Notes under the pieces: generated by a model | Databases searched by the model: none | The model's input: only the letters and a program-made list of their open reading frames with translations | What the model was told of the DNA's origin: nothing | Made by a program: the position numbers and the translations under genes | Shown: positions 60,865 to 64,000 of the stretch, in pieces | Layout: every line of letters begins with the position of its first letter | How positions within the stretch are numbered: position 1 is the stretch's first letter | Assembly (NCBI GenBank): GCA_965208575.1 | Contig: CBDBOV010000004.1 | Span: 1,088,001-1,152,000, forward strand | Direction of reading: 5' to 3' | Source of the DNA: Spirochaetia bacterium | Lineage (GTDB): Bacteria; Spirochaetota; Spirochaetia; SZUA-6; Bin103 | DNA length: 64,000 bases

Positions 60865-63183
60865 CTATCCGACTTCGCTCGTCGAAGATGGCGTGGTCAC
60901 GTGGTGCACTGATGGATTGGAGCGCTGCTCCCGGCCGAGCAGTTGGTAGAGGCGGTGGTAGAGGCCGCCGGCGGCGAGCAGTCTGCCGTGTGTGCCGCGC
61001 TCGACGATACGGCCGCGGTCGAACACCAGGATCAGGTCAGCCGCCATGATCGTGCTGAGCCGGTGAGCGACGATCATCGCCGTGCGGCCGGTCACCACGC
61101 GCGCCAGCGCCTCCTGAATCAGCGCCTCGGCGTGGGTGTCGAGGTGGCTGGTGGCCTCGTCCAGGATCAGCACCCGCGGATCCTTGAGGATGACGCGGGC
61201 GATCGCCAGCCGCTGCTTCTCGCCGCCGCTGAGCCGGTAGCCGCGCTCGCCCACCACGGTGTCGTAGCCGGCCGGCAGCGCGCTGATGAAGTCGTGGATG
61301 TTGGCGGCGCGGCACGCTTCCTCGATCCGCCCGTCGCCCGCTTCCGGCGCCGCGTAGCGCAGGTTGGCGCGCACCGAGTCGTGGAACAGGTAGGGTTCCT
61401 GCGTGACCATGCCCACCTGCCTCGCCAGCGACTCCACGGTCAGCGAGCGCAGGTCGCGGCCGTCGAGCAGGATCTGGCCCTTGACCGGGTCGTACAGGCG
61501 CGGCACCAGGTAGGTGAGCGTGGTCTTGCCGGACCCGCTCGGCCCCACCAATGCCACCGTCTGGCCCGGCGTCACCGCAAAGCTCACCTCCTCCAGCGCC
61601 CACTCGCGCGCCTGGTGCGGTGCCGGCTCACGCGGCCGGGCGCCGCCGTCCGTCCCCGCATCGCTCGATCCGCCGAGCACCGCCGGCCGCCAGGGACCTG
61701 CTTCCGCCGCACCGTCGCCCGCGTCTTCCCCGTGCACGTTTCGCCGGCGCGGGGAGATCACGGCATCGCTCCTGCCGCGTGCCGAAGCCCGCCCGTCGCC
61801 CGCGCGGTCCCGGTACACGGGGTCGGAGACCGCCACCGGCTGCCAGGGACTCGCGGCGGTATTCCAATCGCCCGATTCCGCGTGGGGGCTGCCCGTACCG
61901 GCGCTGCCGGCGGCCCGCTCGCCGCGCGGACCGCCGGCGCCTTTCCCGTCCGGCCGGGAACCCGCGGCGTCCGTGGGCGAGCCGAATCTCGCTCCGCTGA
62001 ACGCCATGTCCTCGGCGCGCGCGGCGCGCTTGGCCTCGCTCAGCAGCAGGCGTCCGTCGCGCTCGTAGCGGAAGCTCACGGCGCGGAACTCCAGGTGCCC
62101 CACGGCGTCGGCCAGGGGTGCCGCGTCCGCCGCCTCCTCGATGTCCACCGGCAGGTCGAGCACCTCGAACACCCGCTCGAAGCTCACCAGCGACTGCGCC
62201 ACCACCACCGGTACGTTGCTCAGCGAACTCAGCGGTCGGTACAACTGCGTCAGGTAAGCGCTGAACGCCACCACCGTCCCGATGGACAGCGCGTCGCGGA
62301 TCACCAGGTGGCCGCCCACCAGGTAGATCGCCGCCGTGCCCACCGCCGTCGCCACGCCCATGAAGATGAAGAAGCGGCTCGCCACCACCGCCTGGCGCAC
62401 GCTGCCGTCGCGCACCGCCCCCGCCTGCTCGCCGAACCGGCGCTGCTCCTCCCGCCGGCGCCCGAACAGCTTCACCAGCAGCATGCCGCTGATGTTCAGG
62501 GTCTCGTTCATGATCGCACCGAGGCGCGCGTTGTGCTCCATCAGCTTGCGCGACGCATCGCGCAGCGCCCCGGCGAACCGCTTGCCGAGCAGCAGGAACG
62601 CCGGCAGCACCACCATGCCGAGCAGCGTCAGCCGCCACTCCAGCGCCAGCATCACCGACAGGGTCGCCGCCACCGAGACCACGTTGGTGACCACGTCCAC
62701 CAGCGTGTTGGTGACCGCGTTCTGGGCGCCGGCGACGTCGTTGTTGAGCCGGCTCACCAGCTCGCCGCTCTTGTTGGTGGTGAAGAAGCGCAGCGACATG
62801 CGCTGCAGGTGGCTGTACAGGGCGCTGCGCAGGTCGAAGATTATGCCGGCGCCAATCGCCGCATCCAGCGCGCGCTGCCAGATTCGCAGCAGCGCGTTCG
62901 CCACCGGGATGGCGATCAGCACCGCTGCCAGCAGGTTGAGGCGCCGCACGTCGCCGGCCGGCAGCGTGCGGTCGATCAGGTCGCGCAGCACCAGCGGCGT
63001 CAGCAGGCCAAGGCCGATGGTGGCCAGAATGATGGCCAGCAACAGCAGCATGCGCCACCAGTAGGGCCGCGCGTAGCCAAGCACCCTCCGCAGCAGCATG
63101 CGAGTCACCTGGGGGCGCGGGTTGTCGTCGCCGTGGCGCAGCAGGTACCGGTAACCTCCGCGTTGGCCATACATGCCCGCCAT
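60865..63183 (-). CDS. ABC exporter (fused permease and ATPase) with a long low-complexity insert
   Basis: TM domain, GPSGSGKTT, LSGGEKQR, LDEATS. Confidence 0.92.
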   Translation of the reverse strand: MAGMYGQRGGYRYLLRHGDDNPRPQVTRMLLRRVLGYARPYWWRMLLLLAIILATIGLGLLTPLVLRDLIDRTLPAGDVRRLNLLAAVLIAIPVANALLRIWQRALDAAIGAGIIFDLRSALYSHLQRMSLRFFTTNKSGELVSRLNNDVAGAQNAVTNTLVDVVTNVVSVAATLSVMLALEWRLTLLGMVVLPAFLLLGKRFAGALRDASRKLMEHNARLGAIMNETLNISGMLLVKLFGRRREEQRRFGEQAGAVRDGSVRQAVVASRFFIFMGVATAVGTAAIYLVGGHLVIRDALSIGTVVAFSAYLTQLYRPLSSLSNVPVVVAQSLVSFERVFEVLDLPVDIEEAADAAPLADAVGHLEFRAVSFRYERDGRLLLSEAKRAARAEDMAFSGARFGSPTDAAGSRPDGKGAGGPRGERAAGSAGTGSPHAESGDWNTAASPWQPVAVSDPVYRDRAGDGRASARGRSDAVISPRRRNVHGEDAGDGAAEAGPWRPAVLGGSSDAGTDGGARPREPAPHQAREWALEEVSFAVTPGQTVALVGPSGSGKTTLTYLVPRLYDPVKGQILLDGRDLRSLTVESLARQVGMVTQEPYLFHDSVRANLRYAAPEAGDGRIEEACRAANIHDFISALPAGYDTVVGERGYRLSGGEKQRLAIARVILKDPRVLILDEATSHLDTHAEALIQEALARVVTGRTAMIVAHRLSTIMAADLILVFDRGRIVERGTHGRLLAAGGLYHRLYQLLGREQRSNPSVHHVTTPSSTSEVG

Positions 63184-63301
63184 TGTTGCGCCGGTCGGCC
63201 GTTTACTCAACCGCGCAACCCCGAAGCGCCAACGATCAAGTGACCGGTTGCGAAGTGCGCCGAGGATTGACAACAGCGTACGTATCTGCGAAAAGAGTCA
63301 G

Positions 63302-63520
63302 GTGCCGCTACGCTACTCCCACCATGCGATGGAGCGGATGGGGAGCAGGGCATCACTCGCCGGATGGTCGAAGCCGTGGTGGCGGCTGCGCAGACGGTGA
63401 TCCGCGGTGCCACCGCCGATGAATACGATGCGGACGTGGAGCACCGAAGAATGCGCGTTGTGGTAGCTCGCCGGGATACACCACTCGTCACACCGTGTAC
63501 TGTCCAGGAGGAGGCCCGCG
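63302..63520 (+). pseudogene. DUF4258-like toxin, frameshifted
   Basis: LRYSHHAMERMGSR / GITRRMVEAVV...MRVVV / TVY spread over three frames. Confidence 0.65.
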
Positions 63521-63766
63521 ATGCAACTTCGGTTTGATTCCGATGCAGATGTGATCTTTTTGGCGCTCCGCGCGGCAGAAGGAGGGGAAGCCGGCGGGAA
63601 GCGCCTTGACGATGCGCGGATCGCCCACCTGGATCGTGCCGGACGCGTGTTCGCGTACGAGTTTCTGCGGGTCAGCCGCGGTGTTTCGCTCACCGGAATC
63701 GACACGAACGAGGCCGGCCGCATCCGTGAAGCGATCAAGCCGATCGTTCAGCTCGCGGTCGCCTGA
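63521..63766 (+). CDS. DUF2283-family protein (putative antitoxin)
   Basis: RFDSDADVIFL...LDRAGRVFAYEFL; AGGAGG RBS. Confidence 0.8.
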   Translation: MQLRFDSDADVIFLALRAAEGGEAGGKRLDDARIAHLDRAGRVFAYEFLRVSRGVSLTGIDTNEAGRIREAIKPIVQLAVA

Positions 63767-63930
63767 GGTAGGCCGGTCGGGCCGGAGGCGGTGCCGCAGG
63801 CGGCGACTTCGCGGCACTGGCAGGTAGCTCAACGAGACGGTGGCAGAGGGCGCCCGGGCGGCCGGCAGTTCGGCGTGACGGGCATTCTCCAAGGTCCACG
63901 TTGTCCCGGCGTACCTCACGAGGCTGACAG

Positions 63931-64000
63931 ATGGATCACAACGAACGGATGGCGCTGGTGACGGGTGGCGGCTCCGGGATCGGGCGCGCCTGCGCGGCGG
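63931..64000 (+). CDS. Short-chain dehydrogenase/reductase, partial (runs off the window)
   Basis: MDHNERMALVTGGGSGIGRACA. Confidence 0.8.
   Translation, partial: MDHNERMALVTGGGSGIGRACAA

Overview
GC-rich bacterial chromosomal window. The solute-binding-protein signal peptides resemble those of Spirochaetota, but that host assignment is inference only. Most of the window is catabolic or housekeeping genes: two sugar ABC operons, oxidoreductases, pepF, cobQ, murA, a SulP transporter and tRNA-Gln(CTG). Three accessory features stand out. (1) A complete type I-G (I-U) CRISPR-Cas locus, with cas3-cas8g-cas7g-csb2 on + and cas4/1-cas2-leader plus a 65-repeat array on -. (2) A 3.57 kb four-ORF TGT...ACA transposon that splits an AAA/PD-(D/E)XK gene. 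(3) Several toxin-antitoxin or defence-like pairs and remnants. The top finding is a cryptic one-spacer mini-array upstream of cas3 (38790-38892), made of two degenerate repeats. Its spacer matches the predicted cas3 promoter -10 box at 13 of its first 14 nt, next to a TTA PAM, and the only mismatch is at position 6. This looks like an RNA-guided Cascade autorepression (CreR/CreA-like) circuit in a type I-G system, with overlapping divergent promoters and two candidate repressed ORFs. All family assignments come from motif recognition by eye; no searches were run.
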